Positions 10,901 through 24,396 of a DNA stretch of 64,000 bases are shown piece after piece. Positions within the stretch are counted from its first letter, which is position 1. Every line of letters begins with the position of its first letter. A model generated the notes under the pieces. That model did not search any database and was not told where the DNA came from. It was given only the letters and a program-made list of their open reading frames with translations. Source of the DNA: Yuukianura sp. NJ FZ-2021. Its lineage: Eukaryota. Location: assembly GCA_046563655.1 (NCBI GenBank), contig CM102290.1, forward strand, positions 1,178,001 to 1,242,000. The letters run 5' to 3'. Position numbers and translations under genes: made by a program.

Positions 10901-12622
10901 AGCTTTCCACTTTCTAATACTAAAAAAGGTGACGCAAAGAATAATTTTGGAATTTGGTTTTGGGTAGGAGAAAGTGTACTTTCTCCTGCGCAACTTATGT
11001 AAAAGTTGCGCTTTTTAGCCGTGTTTCAATCGCTCATGAATGATGGATCTTCCCTGAGAGCCTTATCACGTTAAACATGCTTCATCAATTTCAAGTGAGC
11101 TTTAGATTTTTATAACCACATGCAAAAAAAGTACAGAAAAGCAACAAAAAAAATGGACGGAGCGTGGGATCTAAAGATTTGTCAAGGAATTCTCTCCAGT
11201 GGCATTGAATTCCTTCACACTGACTCTTTCTGCTGGGAATTGAAAAGAAGTTTATAAAACAGTCACTCCCACTGCGACGTCTGGGCGTCAAAAGACACCA
11301 AGCTGAAAATACGGTAAATGTTCAAATAGTATCTCTCGCACAAGTAATGCCGCAAATGTCCCACATTAGTAACATTTCTCCAAAAATGGTCGACGAAACA
11401 GCTAGTATTTCGAGGTCCTATTTGAGGATTTACGGCACTAGCAGGACGAGAGTGCTGTTTCAAATTGACTTTGTTCCTTAATGGATGCTAAGCCTCTTTA
11501 TGGTGGAAGTGAAGGGATCGTGGCCTGGAATGGAGCTTTGACAAACCCTGCTTTCTAGGAGATGTGTTGCTGTCTTGTGAAACTGAAATATTTTAGAGAA
11601 CAAGGTTTCCATGTCTGGAGAAAGCAGCATAGATTAGGAGGGAAGCGATGAAAGACCAAGGGAAAGTCGAGCTCTGATTCAATTTATGCGGAGACAATCG
11701 GAGGGTATACTATGGGTTAGGTTACATTATATGAAGGGGTACTATAGGGATTTTCATTCATAAGTTTTTTAGCAGGCCGTTTCAACGAACGCATGTGAGT
11801 GAAAGTTGGTCGCTGGCTACTTTCTACTAAAACATCCCGCGATCCCGCTCCTTCTAGACCCCTCCAGGAACACGGAAAACTTTTGCATCCTTTTGGCACA
11901 ATTCCAAGTTTTGAAAGCCTGTTGGTGTCTTTAGACTTTTTTTTACTATTTACTAAAATCAATTTGAACCCTTCAGACTACTCTACCAGCAGGTTTTACT
12001 AACATTTCCTTTGTTCTTTCTCAAATTGTAGCAGCACTGTTCAAATTTTCTAAATTTTAAGGCACATATGATACTATAACTTCAAATTAACAAAACTACA
12101 GAGACAAGTGCAGGATTTATTAAATTTGTCTTCTCATAGTAACATTTCTCTTTGCACTTTATGAATTGTAATTATTCTTTTTTTTCATTTTTATTTTTTA
12201 ATTTCTATTTTTTTTTCGTGAAAATTATAATTCGGCAGTTTAAGGTTGTTGCTTTGAAACACATGCTTTTTTGACAAATTATAATTTTGTCTGTTTACTT
12301 TCCTATTCCTTTTGTCTTTCGAAATATTTTTTTTTAATTTTGACTATGCGCCAAAACGTTTCTGAATGGATCCGAAAATAGGAGGGCAAATTTATTCGGA
12401 AATAGAAAAGGAAGGACTTGCCTTAAAATTAGATAGAAAATATTCGTCAGAGAATTGGAACCGCCTTCCATCGGTTGTGACCCGAAGTCAACCGCATTAG
12501 GCGGCTCATTTGTTCCTTGCGTTTGGCATTCCAATAATATTGTGGGAAATGACGAATGCTGTGATTCCATGGGAAATACACCAGTTCTATATGTACAGAA
12601 GCAGGAGAAAGTGGGGACTTAC

Positions 12623-12696
12623 CCTGAAAAGGCGGTTCAGTTTTTGACAGAGGCCTGGGGAGGAGTACATTTACGACATTGTCGTCTCCACTCCAG
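12623..12696 (-). CDS. Unknown 75-aa microprotein, exon 3 (74 nt)
   Basis: Minus-strand acceptor TTTTTTTGAAATGTCACACTCAG and donor AGG|GTAAGT. Phase 2-1, encodes (N)WSGDDNVVNVLLPRPLSKTEPPFQ(V). Confidence 0.8.
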
Positions 12697-13485
12697 CTGA
12701 GTGTGACATTTCAAAAAAACCGAGTCTAACCTAGCTGTGGGGCTGGGAAATGTGGGCTCTCTGCCAAAAAACAGAAGGTATATGAAGGGCCTTTGCGTGG
12801 GTGGAGGCTATACTTTCTCCGTTAGGTTAACATAGCCTACAAATGTATATCTTCAATGGAGAAAGTCAGAATCGTCTCGGCGGGATAGGTTAAGCTCCAT
12901 TCATTCATCCCTTCGTTCATTTGCTCAGGGAAACACAGACGGAAGAAAAGAAGGCCAATTTAGACACACCTCATGATGGAGAGAACAAGGGTCCCGTTTT
13001 CCAAATAAATGAAACTGAATACACTTGAGGTCAAAATAGTTCCAATTAGGTTGGGTTATAAAATCTTGAAATTCAAAATTGGACATTGTGAAACTAATTG
13101 GATCCATGACGTTGCCAATAGTTTTTGAATCGAATCAAATTATCTATCGAAATGTTCACACGAATCTAAACACTTTATATTTGCCAAAGTTTTCTTTAGC
13201 AGAACCTTTTGATGTTTACATTGATTAGTTCATACCCTGCCAATCCAATTTAGTAATATTATTATTGAAAAACTTGGTTAATCATAAAATGCGCTTTTCC
13301 GTTAAAAAAAAATGACATCACCCGTTCCGCCTGTTTTTCATATCAAATCATCCGACATTTAGTAAAGATTTTCCTTTTTCTCTGCTTAAAAACCGATTCG
13401 AAACAATTTGTGAATTCTTGTTCTGCAAATATTTTAAACAAGAAAACAAATAAATATTTTCAACATAACTTAAAAGTAATCTTAC

Positions 13486-13533
13486 TTATAGTAATTCACA
13501 ACCAAATTTTTTCTTTGGTTTTCGAAAGGGAAA
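13486..13533 (-). CDS. Unknown 75-aa microprotein, exon 2 (48 nt)
   Basis: Minus-strand acceptor ...GGAAATACAG and donor TAA|GTAAGA. Phase 2-2, encodes (S)FPFENQRKNLVVNYY(N). The acceptor has a weak pyrimidine tract, and an upstream TTTTTCTGAAG acceptor is an alternative. Confidence 0.7.
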   Translation of the reverse strand, partial: FPFRKPKKKFGCELL

Positions 13534-16500
13534 CTGTATTTCCATCGGGTATCAGAGAACTTCAGAAAAACAATATTTAAAGAAATTTCAATGTTGGTAC
13601 TGATCATTGCCAATAGTTTCTACCTTCGCTGTCTCTCCGAGATTCGAGATTCTTTGGTGTAAAAAATTTCATCTTCTCAGGTTTTAGACTTCAATTGAAC
13701 AACCTAACGGCGGACTTTAACGGTGTCCTAAAAAAACTTCATTAGAATCTTTGTGCTTTCTGTGCCAGCACAGGTTCGTCTAATGAAAAGACTTTGGGAA
13801 AGTCGTGAGTGTTGGCAACAGAATCTTTGTCATCCAGTTGATCCGCAGTGCGTCGCCCATTAATGTTTAAATTTGGAAAAACTCTGTCTGTCCTTGTGGA
13901 CTTCCAGCAAAAGTTTATGTGCCATGAGCTATAAAGTGGCTATACGACGTTTCATTAACTTTTTCTTGTACAAGTTACATAGTAAATTCCAATGTGTAGC
14001 AGAGTTCAATTTAAAGTTTTGTGTAATATGCTCTTTTTACCTTTTTTGTAGGAAAGCTTTTGCGAAAATCATGGTTTTTCTCATTTCTAAAATCATAGCT
14101 TGCTGCAATTTGCTGCTAGGATTCATGTACTAACCTTCTACTTACAATAGTTTGTTTAAATGAAAAATAATTTATTTCTATTATTGGTTGTTTAGAAACA
14201 AAGAGATCGTATGGGTTCTCCTAAACAAGTTTCTCCATGGTACATGTTACACAAGATGAATTCCTTGAATTCCGTATTCATGTATACAATTTCAGTTCTT
14301 TCAGCTCTAACTTTCTTCTTTTCTGATCAAAAGAATTTTATTACCTGTACACAACCTCGGATTCTCAATTTCCATTTTTATTAAAGAAAATGAAAAGTTT
14401 TAAACGTTTGTTCTAAAATGCTATGCTCAAAAAACGCTACAAGTCTCCTCCAGCTTCTTTCTTTGTCCTTAACACCATGCCAACTCGTGAAATTAATTAG
14501 TTTGAACTAAAAAAAAACAGAGGTTACCATTCAAAAACAAAACTGGATGCAAATACGTTTTATATTTCACGTCTTTGATTCGAGTCAAGATATTCACGAG
14601 GTGGACGTGCTGAGTGAAATCAGTCAATGCAGAAACGGTTTTCTTCAGCTTCAAATTGAACAATGGGTTTCAAGTCATGACTTTGCAAGTGGAATTGATT
14701 TGGCCCTGATTTTGCATTTTGGAAATCCGGCAGATCCTTTTGGAGTCACAGCCTCTGAAGTGACACTGAATCAGGAGAAAGTGACATCCAGTTCCTGTCA
14801 AAGCGACGCTCTACATAGAAAAGTCGGCTGGAAAGAAGTCACTTTGAGGGTTCATTTGATACGACTGGTTTTCAATTGAAAATTTGGACGTTTTTATAGA
14901 ATTTCTCCTTGAGAAAATGCATGGAACAAAATGGTTGTGTAAAGGAATTCTTGGGCGAATTCTACTGTGAATTTAGTTTGTCAACCTTTGACTTCCTAGC
15001 AACAACAACATCAAAGGGCTTCAGGCCCTATTTTGAAATGACTAGTTTTCTCATTTCTAAATAGTTAGACTGTTGTTTTCAATTAAATGTTTTCTGTTAA
15101 AGAAAAACGTCAGTCCAGCTATGACTTGAATTCATCACTGAGAAAATTCTGAGACATGAACAACCAATGATACTGCTGCATTTTTTTTTCGAGTGGGCAG
15201 TACGCGTTGACGTCGTAGCACAAAGTCTTAACTGTGGTGCTCTACGCCAAATATTGACAGAGGAATCCTCATAAAGCAGCGGTGCTTGTGGGCTAGCGTA
15301 AGCCAAGGCTTTGATCCGTCATTGGAGGAGTCGCTGCTGGACTAAGGAGCTGAATCGCTTTGGGAATCAAGTCTTCAGCTAATGAATCCTTCATCGCATC
15401 ATTAATCCCCACGGCCTTCTACGCCCTGTTGAGCTCCACAGTTACGACCACTGTCGCGTACAGCTTCCAAAAGCATCTCGACTTCCCAAAATCCATCTAA
15501 ACTTCCACAATTAAACAATTTCCACGAAACTGCAATAGGTTTCTAAAAAGGGATTGACCAAATATTTTACCAAAGACGTTAATGCTCAACTTGATATGTT
15601 TATTAGTAAGCCTTGTTTTCAAAATATTTCATTATTAGAACATTTTAAATTTGAACTAATGTATCAACGAAGTTTGGACAAGAAGTTGATAAGAGTTGCC
15701 AAAATGAGCTTTATTTGAGGTGTATTCTTCCTTTACTTCATCCAGCACCAGGTTGGAGTTGGCTTCCGCAGCCTCATTTGACTTTGGCGTCAAACAATTT
15801 TGACCAAAGTTTTGGCCCGTTTTCTGCACAAAAAGTTTTCTGAGAAAAGTCCCCGTTCCAGATTTACTTTCCCCGGAAGAGAAAGTGTGGAAACTAAAGC
15901 CTTATGGCCTAAACCATCCTCATTTCCGCCAGTGGTGGTGGTGGTCTCAAAGGCTGGAATCATCCCGGAAACAATGCTTGAGACTGAACTGAAACTTTCT
16001 TCCAGCATTGTTCTACTTTCCGCTTCTCTTGTTATCCGTCTTAATCCCTTGTCTCAATTTTCTCCTTTGTTCTAACACTCTCCGGCAGAATTTTCCAACC
16101 AAATGTCCACAATACAGTTCAATTCCATTACTCTGCAAATTATGCATTTATGTTATTCCTACACATACAAGTGAAAACTAAAGTTTCTCAACCCATGTTG
16201 TTTTCTACTGTATGCAACGGAATTTTCATTTCCTGAACCAAATTCCAGGGGAAAAATAAATTTTGAAACCCAACATTCGCCAACATCAAATTTGAGTGGA
16301 AAATCGGAAAGCCAAAATTTTTGTTCCACTTTTTTAAATTTTGACTTGTGAGTGAAAGAATTTGAAAATGTTTGGGTGGTAGAAGTGGAGGAATGCAACT
16401 AACGATAACAATTCAGATCAAGCAATCCCCATTGATCCAAAGTCAGACGCTGGTGGAAGTGACGACTGAAAGGATTCGCAGCGCGGAGATTTGAATGGAA

Positions 16501-17141
16501 TCCATTGGTTTGCCGTGCTCAAAGTTTCAATTCTGTTGCTGAGATGATCGTGGAGGGTTGAAATATTTTAGGAGTGGGATCGGTGAGGCAGAAAAGAAAG
16601 TTATTGGAATATGTGAAAGTAATGTGTGTCGCTTTCTTCTTTCTGTGACGAGGGAATGCGTTTCCAATGTCCTACGTATGTTGTTCCGTTGAGCACTTTC
16701 TTTTCTCCTTCCCCCGCCAGTTTTGGTTTCCTGGCCCAACAAAGTGTAGAAGCTCCGTGGATTCAGTTGCGCCAGCCGCAGCGTGGAGCCTTCAAGTGAG
16801 CCTTCGTTGGCCAAGGGAGCCTTACACTGGCTTTGTCTAAGAATTCTTGAGAGATGTGAGTTTTGTGCTAACCTCCTTGGTGCTGCTGGGGCTTTCGGCT
16901 TTGCGTGGGTGGTTAGGGGAACCAATCCAGTCAGGTTCGCAGCGGAGAAAGCTCCGCTGTTTTCCCTTATAAAAACTTTCACCCAGCTCGCCGAGAGCCT
17001 CATTACGTGTAGACACTTCTGATTAGGCAGACGGTGGTGGGAGATATTTCCCTTCGGTCCGAACCTACACATCATCCCTCTTCCAAGTGAACCTATCATA
17101 TGTTGCCCAATTGACACAACTTTTACAATTATCCCATATTA

Positions 17142-17260
17142 TCAGTACATACTTTCTCAAATTACAAACTTCACAAACGAAAACATATACTCTTCACCAC
17201 TCTGTCGCAGGCAAGGTGCATGGAAGCAAACTGAGGATACGGTACAAAAGTCTACGAAAG
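17142..17260 (+). promoter_or_regulatory. Candidate TSS and non-coding first exon of the nested secreted-protein gene
   Basis: TCAGT initiator-like motif at 17142 downstream of a GC-richer stretch (about 16700-17080). Strong donor AAG|GTAAGA at 17261. Candidate acceptors TTTTGATTTTCAG (20373) or TTTCCTTATCAG (20947) lie before the ATG at 20981. Confidence 0.35.
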
Positions 17261-20200
17261 GTAAGAAATGTTTCCAGTTTTTCTTTTAAGGTTTGCGATT
17301 GCAGCCAAAAAAAAACTAGTTTCCAAAAAGGCAGTCTGTCGCTATCATTTTAGCATTTCCGGAAGCCTTTGGTAGAAGAAAGCGTTGCTAGAAGTTGAAA
17401 TAAGTTGTTCCAGGTACTCTCTTTGGAATTTTACTCTCTCTAAAATTTTAATTTTGAAAAAAAAACTTTGTTTTCAAAAATTTTCTCGGCAAAATGCTAT
17501 TTACTTTTACTTCTAAATGTTATTTACTTTTTTTTTTATAAAAGGTTAACAATATTTTCAGGAATAACGAAACCTTGGAACCTCTGGGCAATCAAAACGA
17601 TAGGTTTTGGCTTTGATGTTAAATTTTCAAAAAAAAAAATTGCCTTTTTTTTCGTTTCTAAATGAGGTTTAGATGTTGAAATTATTATTTTTTTTAAAAC
17701 ACCTTTTTAATTAGACCACTGTTGACAAACAACTGAATTTAATTCAATTTATTTTTGCATTTCCAACTTGAAAAGTATGAAAAACTTCAAAGTAGAAGCA
17801 AAGAGTTATGGTATTAGAAAATTTTGAACGTTTTAATAATTCTAAAAGGATTTGTGCGTAGTGAAGTAGATGTTTGAATGGTAGAGTAATGCAAAGTTGT
17901 TCTGAAATAGAAAGTATTTCAAAGGATTACTTTCTCTCTATCTACTTTTTCCCATTTGACACATTTTCATTTTTTTATTTTATTTTATTCTAAAGTGAAG
18001 ATTACATGATTCCGCACAGCACACGCTACAATGGACTCCAACGCCCTCCGGTTTGCCTTTATTTCCTCAACCTCCCAACAACAAAAAAAGCCTCCAAAGA
18101 ATTGTTCAAAAACGGAATTTCGAAAAAAAAAAATTTCACTCTACCACAACATTACATCACAACAACTCCACCAGTTTGTTCTCCCATATTAAATTGTTTT
18201 ATCGAACAAAAAGCCGAAAACAATCTTTTCTCTTTAAAAATTTGATTTTCTTTCAAACTTGAAGTCCAAAAACTTTGTTGCCGGGTTTATTTCCTGCTTT
18301 CGTTCTATATGTTGTGGTAAAGGGAAAAAATCCACTTTTTTTACGCCGAAGACCTTCGATTGGACATTAGCTTTGAGAAGGAAAAGGAAGTTGTGTTTCC
18401 TCTAGTAGAAATAAGATGAAATCCATAATTGGACCAGATAGTGAACAACGACTTTCAATGAAAGGATTTTGTTACGCAGCAAAAACTTTTTGAAGGCTAT
18501 TTTCCCTTCACTTCCGAAATCATTTAGCAACAACATGCCCTGGGGCTGCCTCAGTTTGGATCAATTTTCAAAATATTTCCAAACTTTTTGGTGTATTCAA
18601 AAATATCTCGTTTCAAATCAAAAATAGAACCTTTAAATTGCCGAAATGCAGTTTGCCGTTACAAAGTTCTACAAACATTGAACAAACTTCATCCAAACTT
18701 CAAAATTTAACAAACATAAATGGTCCAAATTTTTTATTTATATAAACGGTTCACTTTTGGCAACAAACATGAATCGATCGTCAATTTTAGTACTAAATGG
18801 AATGCTAAACCTGGAACCAAACTTCCAGTAATTCATGAATGAGTTAGAAATTTACTTTCGCTTTTAATAAAATTTGAATTTTTAGTTCAATCGAACACCA
18901 ACGTTTCCTTTTAGCAAAAAAACGGGTTTTGAAAAAATTCGTGCTAAGTTGTGCATGATTTGGTGTGTTTAGATGATAAATGTTCGGTGTTTGTTCAAGT
19001 GTTCAAAGTAAGGGAGTTTAGTGACGGGTGAGGAATGATGAATTGCTCAGTTTCTCGAAGTTGCCGAACAATCAAAGGAGTCAAAGGTTGATTTTTTTAT
19101 TCTTTTGACAAGCAATCCGTTTGGATTACAACAACCTTTCTCCTTTTGTTCCCAAATCCCACTTCTTGTCATCAATTTTTGACAACTTTCTTTTAAGTTC
19201 ATCCCTTGCAAACCGAAGAGCAAACATCACATTAGAGTTTACAAAAGAGCTTTCACTAAATTTCAAAAAAATATAAAAGCGAGAGAAAGAAAAATCCAAG
19301 CATTCAGTACACCCACAACCAAAGAATCTTTCCTTTTTTTTGGGAATAGAATCTAACATTTTGATATTCTTTAAATAACAGCAACAAAAATCCAGAAAAG
19401 TTTTGAATATAAAAATATCAAGTTTCTTAATATGAAAAATGAAGCCAAGCCTCACAAAAGCAACCCGTAGTTATGGTTGTCAATGCCAAAATTTGAAAAT
19501 TGAAAACTTAAAAAACGATTTGAAAGAAATAGTGACAGTAATGCAGTGAAAGTTGGAAACGTCGGTTCTTTCTCTGGTCCTAAAATATCTCACTTACGAT
19601 AGAAATATTTTATTTTGTAAAAAGCTAGCAAAAAATGTGCAAAAACGATGGTTTTTCGCACTTTGTTCTTAGGTTGTTCGTCGAGTGAAAGTGAAGTGCC
19701 TGAGTACACAAAGATATAGACTTTAGTATGGTCAGCACTCAGCAACAAGAAAAGCTCTAATGACTTTCCTTTGCTTCTGGCCACCGTCTTGTTTTTTCTT
19801 ATCTCCTTTTACTTTCTATAGCAGAAGGAAAGCTAAAAAGCGAAAACAGGCTTTTGAGCTTTCACAAAGTGCAATTGAGCCTTGGCAACGCCATTTCTTT
19901 TTCCTATCTTCATTTTTCGACGCTTTGATCAGGAACGAAGCCGTTGAAGACGTGTGGACTTTTCCCGTTTCTTTTGTTTCAAAAATCTAAGAGAACAGTT
20001 CTTAAGATTTGGTGTCAAATCGACACTGAAAAACGAATTACGCTCTACAAATACTCCCCTTTGACTTTTCGCGCTCTTTTGTTTACTCATTTTAGTTCAA
20101 ATGAGGTCCTATTCAACCCAAGGAACTGCCTCTTTGTAGAACGCTGAACTTGGGCAGTACTTATGTTTAGACTAGGTTGGGTAGTACTGAATCACTTCAA

Positions 20201-20980
20201 CTTCGTCTCTTTCATCTGTAGATTTGGTCATTGTGGCATGGACCACAAGGATCAAGGGAGTGCTAGATACAAAGTGACGCCTCACAAGTGCAAAGCGCCA
20301 CTTCAATTTGCCAATAGAATTACTCAATCTTGAGAATTGAATGTCGTAAAAGAACATGGTTTTTGATTTTCAGGTTTTGACGTTCTCGAAAATCTGAGAA
20401 ACATCTGGAGTGCAAAATATCATTTGAGTATTTCTTTTTAAATTGCGAATTCAATCCACCATCGTATCAACTACCACAGTCATATCCAAACACTTTATCA
20501 CAACCAATCAGCAACATCAAAAAAAATTGACCATATCCCTGTCAAACGTATCAAACTACAAGCAAAGTCACTTTGGCATTCGTTTTTTTGAAAATCCGAA
20601 AATCTACGTCTTCCAATTAGCCAAAACCACGCCGTCGTCAGGATTCTGCGAAAACAGAGTTGACAATAAACCAAGTGACAAAGGAGGAAAAAAGTCTGTA
20701 TATTGAAGACCTTCAACAAAGACAAGAAGTGGAGAGACGCTTCATTACATAACATATTCCTGCTTCAAAGGACAATAAGTCGACCAATCACAAATCAGCT
20801 TCTAAAAGTACGTAGTTTGTAGAGAGAGACATTATTCTAGGATATCTATAGAAGGAAGGTGAAAGCGATGGAGTAACGAAGACAATTTGAACCCGACGGT
20901 TAACCTAACCTATCAAAGAAGACGTTTGGATTCAGTTTCCTTATCAGCTACTTTCTCTTCCTTCCAATTCCTTGAGAAAT

Positions 20981-21158
20981 ATGGCCAAATCCCGATGGAT
21001 TTCATTAGTTCAGATTACACTTTGGTGTTCTGTTGCTGTTCACCACCCAAATTTCCACGTGGAGGCAATTTCAAATTCATTTCAAGGCCAAATCCAACAG
21101 CAGTCACAACCTCCCTTTCCAATCTCACCCAAAGAACTTCGACGATTGAGAGCCAAAG
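20981..21158 (+). CDS. Uncharacterised secreted protein (499 aa), coding exon 1 with signal peptide
   Basis: Reads MAKSRWISLVQITLWCSVAVHHPNFHVEA-ISNSF...RRLRAK: basic N-terminus, hydrophobic core and a VEA cleavage-like site. Donor AAG|GTATGC at 21159, phase 1. Confidence 0.8.
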
Positions 21159-21387
21159 GTATGCGAATAACTTTAATATAAAAGTTCGCTAAACTTTTAC
21201 TTTAAAAAATGGGACCTAGAAAAAAGTTGCTTGTGTTGTAAACGACAGACAAATATGTCGTGTTTTGTTCTTTTCTTACCCATTTCCGTATTGATTTTTC
21301 AAAAATGTTTCAAGGATTTTGGGATTTAGTTTTTGAAATAACTTTCTCCAGTGAGAACAATTTTTTTTAAATGCCTCTCCTGTTTAG

Positions 21388-22430
21388 GTTTGGAAATTAT
21401 GCCAAGTGGAAATAGTATTTCCACGAATGCGTTGGCGGATGAGCCAAGTTGTGACGAACTACGAGCAATGTGGCGCTACTATCGACGTAACGCCCGAGCC
21501 GCTGAGCTAACAAATGAAATTCCTCAAATCCAATTGGAAGATGTGTTTTGGGGACTCGGCAGTACGCACGGGCAACCACAAAGTTTTGGACCGTTGAACA
21601 GGGGTCGAAATCGTCCTCGTTTTAAGCCCAAAGGGCCCCGCAACCCCCTCTACGGAAAAGTCCTGCTCAAGCAAGAGGACAAGAGTTCCGACTCCGGCCG
21701 AAGGCGCCCGATGGAACAAGTCATTGAGCTCATTGGACCTCATTCGGCTGGCAAAAGCCATGCGCCTCATAAGTCTGAACCCACCATCCTCCTCACACCA
21801 CCCTCCACCCCCACGCCCAAGTCAGGAGTCGATAAGATCAGGGACATGTTACGAGATGAGAGGGTGCAAGAAGAGAGCGGGGGCGATAATCCGGATCCCC
21901 ACCCACCCCCACGTCAAAATCAAGAATATGGAAAAGTTGTTCTTGCACCACCAAGCGGAACTGATGGACGCGTAGCAAACAAACCGCGCGAACTCATGAC
22001 CCCATTTGAACGAATTCGGTTCGGACACACCGACGACTTGTTCCTCAACGACGAAGGTCCGCGCCGACGTCCGCATTTGTTCCCGGTCATGAAGAGGCGA
22101 AATGGGTTCATTGCCCTGCCGATGCTCAACCGTCAGAAATCATCGTGGAGGCCGTTCGCTATGGCTCCCAGAAATCATGCAGGGCCGCCAACTCTCCCTC
22201 CATCTCGCTACGAAGACTCTATTATCATTGTCCAAAATCCGAACCGTGGGGAGTTGAGCAATGAGGACGCTGCAGGGTTTCCGGCAACCCAGCAACCCAG
22301 TTCGGAAGCGCTGCTGCTACTGGAGGAGGGGGATGAAGGCGGGGTGCGGCAGTTGGAACCGTCGTCGGTAATGGACTACGCACCAGAAACGAACCCTGTC
22401 GCCCTCCTTTTGGCCAAGGAACCACTCAAC
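21388..22430 (+). CDS. Uncharacterised secreted protein, exon 2
   Basis: Acceptor CTCTCCTGTTTAG, phase 1. A 1043-nt GC-rich open frame (GLEIMPSG...EPSCDELRAMWRYYRRNARAAELTNEIP...KEPLN). Donor AAC|GTAAGT at 22431, phase 0. Confidence 0.92.
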
Positions 22431-24263
22431 GTAAGTTTTTCTTTCAAATTACTAAGAAAAACTTTGTGAAACTTCCAAATTAGTCCGATCAAATTTCCGA
22501 CTCTGGGAAACCTAAACTCATTTCCAAAGTTGCAGTTAATGGAGGGTACTTTACACTAATGGAATTACAAATCCCCGCTGCCTCTCCCTTTCAGCGGACT
22601 CTCGAGTCATTGAGAACAGTTTGCATCTGACAGGACTTGTTGAGTTTCTCCTAGGAAAAGTTGGTTCAAAACGGTACAGCTCATCTGTCTTAGTTCAATT
22701 GCTTCTGAATTTAACACTAACTCATTTTGCTATCCCGTATGTAATACTCCGTAATGTTTTCAAAAACTAAAAAGCAAATTTTGAAGGAAATTATGAAGAT
22801 CAAAAGAGTTGGTCAAATTACGCTCCTTTCCTGTAGAGTGGATGAATTTTTATGTTGTCAAAACCTGTCAAATTTTGGTTTCAATATTTGGAACGCCCGG
22901 AGTAATCTCTAAAAAAAACTTTTAGGAAAAGTTTGAGAAAACAAAAAGCTGTAGAATTCGGTTTTTTTTAATTACGCGCGCTGGTTCAATATAACTTCAT
23001 TAGAGTAAAAGCTTTACTACTAAATGTCTCCTATATTAACCATTATTCAACTCAATTTTTCATCCGTTGCAAAAATTCATACCTTGGGTACATATACTAG
23101 GCTTAATAAATTTCGGACGCAGAGGCACTCTTAAATCGATTTCTCAGAGAAGAAAATTCAAATTTAAAATATGCTAAAATTTCAATTTTTCATAGTCTGA
23201 AGTAAGTAACATTAACAAAGGCACTCCCTATATAAAGTATATAACCACTGTAGTTTTCAAACCACTTTTAAGTCGTATAATCCGCAATTGATCGACGCTA
23301 TATAAGATAAATGTTAATGCAAATTTCAATCTTGGTTAACTAGAACTTCTATAGCGAAAACGACATAACACTTTGAAATATAAATTATTTTAAAATTGTC
23401 CAAGAATTTTGAAAAAAAAATTAATACCAGAAGCCTTTTGATTTAAAAGAATACAAAGCTGCAAACTGATTTTAAAAGGCAGTATTTTTAGGGTAAAATC
23501 TCGCGGTGAAGAAGTAGATGTGAACTTAGAAAAAAAATAAAAAAGCTTTGGCAAAGGAGAAAGTATTTTTGAGTGATCATATCCAACAGTAATGCGCCAC
23601 CAACCCAACATACGTCGTATCTATTGAGGTTGGCGCCGTTGTCCAGCTTTTTCTTTCGCTAACGAACAACGGGAAAGAGACAGTACCGTGAAATTTCTAT
23701 ATAAATTAACGGCTGTTACGAAAATTTTTCCAGAAAATGTTTCTTCTCAAGCAGATGGAGAACTGTGTAGGAAGTTTAGCCTGTGAATTTTTGTTATTAG
23801 AGCACTTACGGTAATTGTAAAATCAATACAAAAACATCTCCACTACTTTTAACAACTGCGGTATGAAAACAATAATTTCCAATTCATCTAATGTTTTTGG
23901 CTTGGCCAAAACTCTGGTTTTCCGTAAGACAGTTATTTCCTTAATGGTGATAAAAATCAGCTTCCAGTATTCATTCCCAATCGATTTCTTCTCCTAACTT
24001 ACTTAGATTGTTCTCATTTCAACCCCCCACGCCTGACCTCGTTTTCGCAACATTTTCAACAGATTGAAATCGGGCACAAAGTGTCAGTTGAGAGACTTGT
24101 TGACACGACCTCTGTCTTCTCAAATTTCAACGCTTTAAGGGTTCCATTTCCTAGAAACGGCGTAACTTTTTTTCAAGTAACCAGGAGTCCGTAGATGTTG
24201 ATTGGATTTCAAAGAGTTCTAGAAGATGGTCCACTGCTAATTGCATGCTTTTTCTTTGTCTAG

Positions 24264-24396
24264 GTGGAAGAGAGCCTTCCATTGTGCTCTGATGTCAAGG
24301 GAGACTTGTGCTCGATGAACGCCGACTGTTCCTGTCTTGGACATGGACTGTACCGATGTCATGCTGGCCAATGCCAGACACTTTCCCTCAAAGAAG
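24264..24396 (+). CDS. Uncharacterised secreted protein, exon 3 (six-cysteine module)
   Basis: Acceptor TTTTTCTTTGTCTAG, phase 0. Reads VEESLPLCSDVKGDLCSMNADCSCLGHGLYRCHAGQCQTLSLKE. Non-canonical donor AAG|GCAAGT at 24397, phase 1. Confidence 0.85.

Noticed and set aside
12617..12630. TTTTCAG-G-GTAAGT resembling a recursive splice (ratchet) site
   Set aside because: It has an extra G and is better explained as the end of the 74-nt coding exon.
16527..17117. 196-aa minus-strand ORF
   Set aside because: Non-ATG start, no recognisable domain and no phase-consistent splice partners. It coincides with a GC-richer stretch upstream of a candidate plus-strand TSS.
20901..20911. TAACCTAACCT, (TTAGG)n-like (also near 38152 and 44328)
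   Set aside because: Only about two units per site. Not a telomeric array.
23810..23855. Minus-strand 46-nt exon-like segment (CAG|...|GTAAGT; VKSSGDVFVLILQL)
   Set aside because: Open only in phase 1-2, and no upstream phase-1 partner was found. Incompatible with the phase-2 exon 1.
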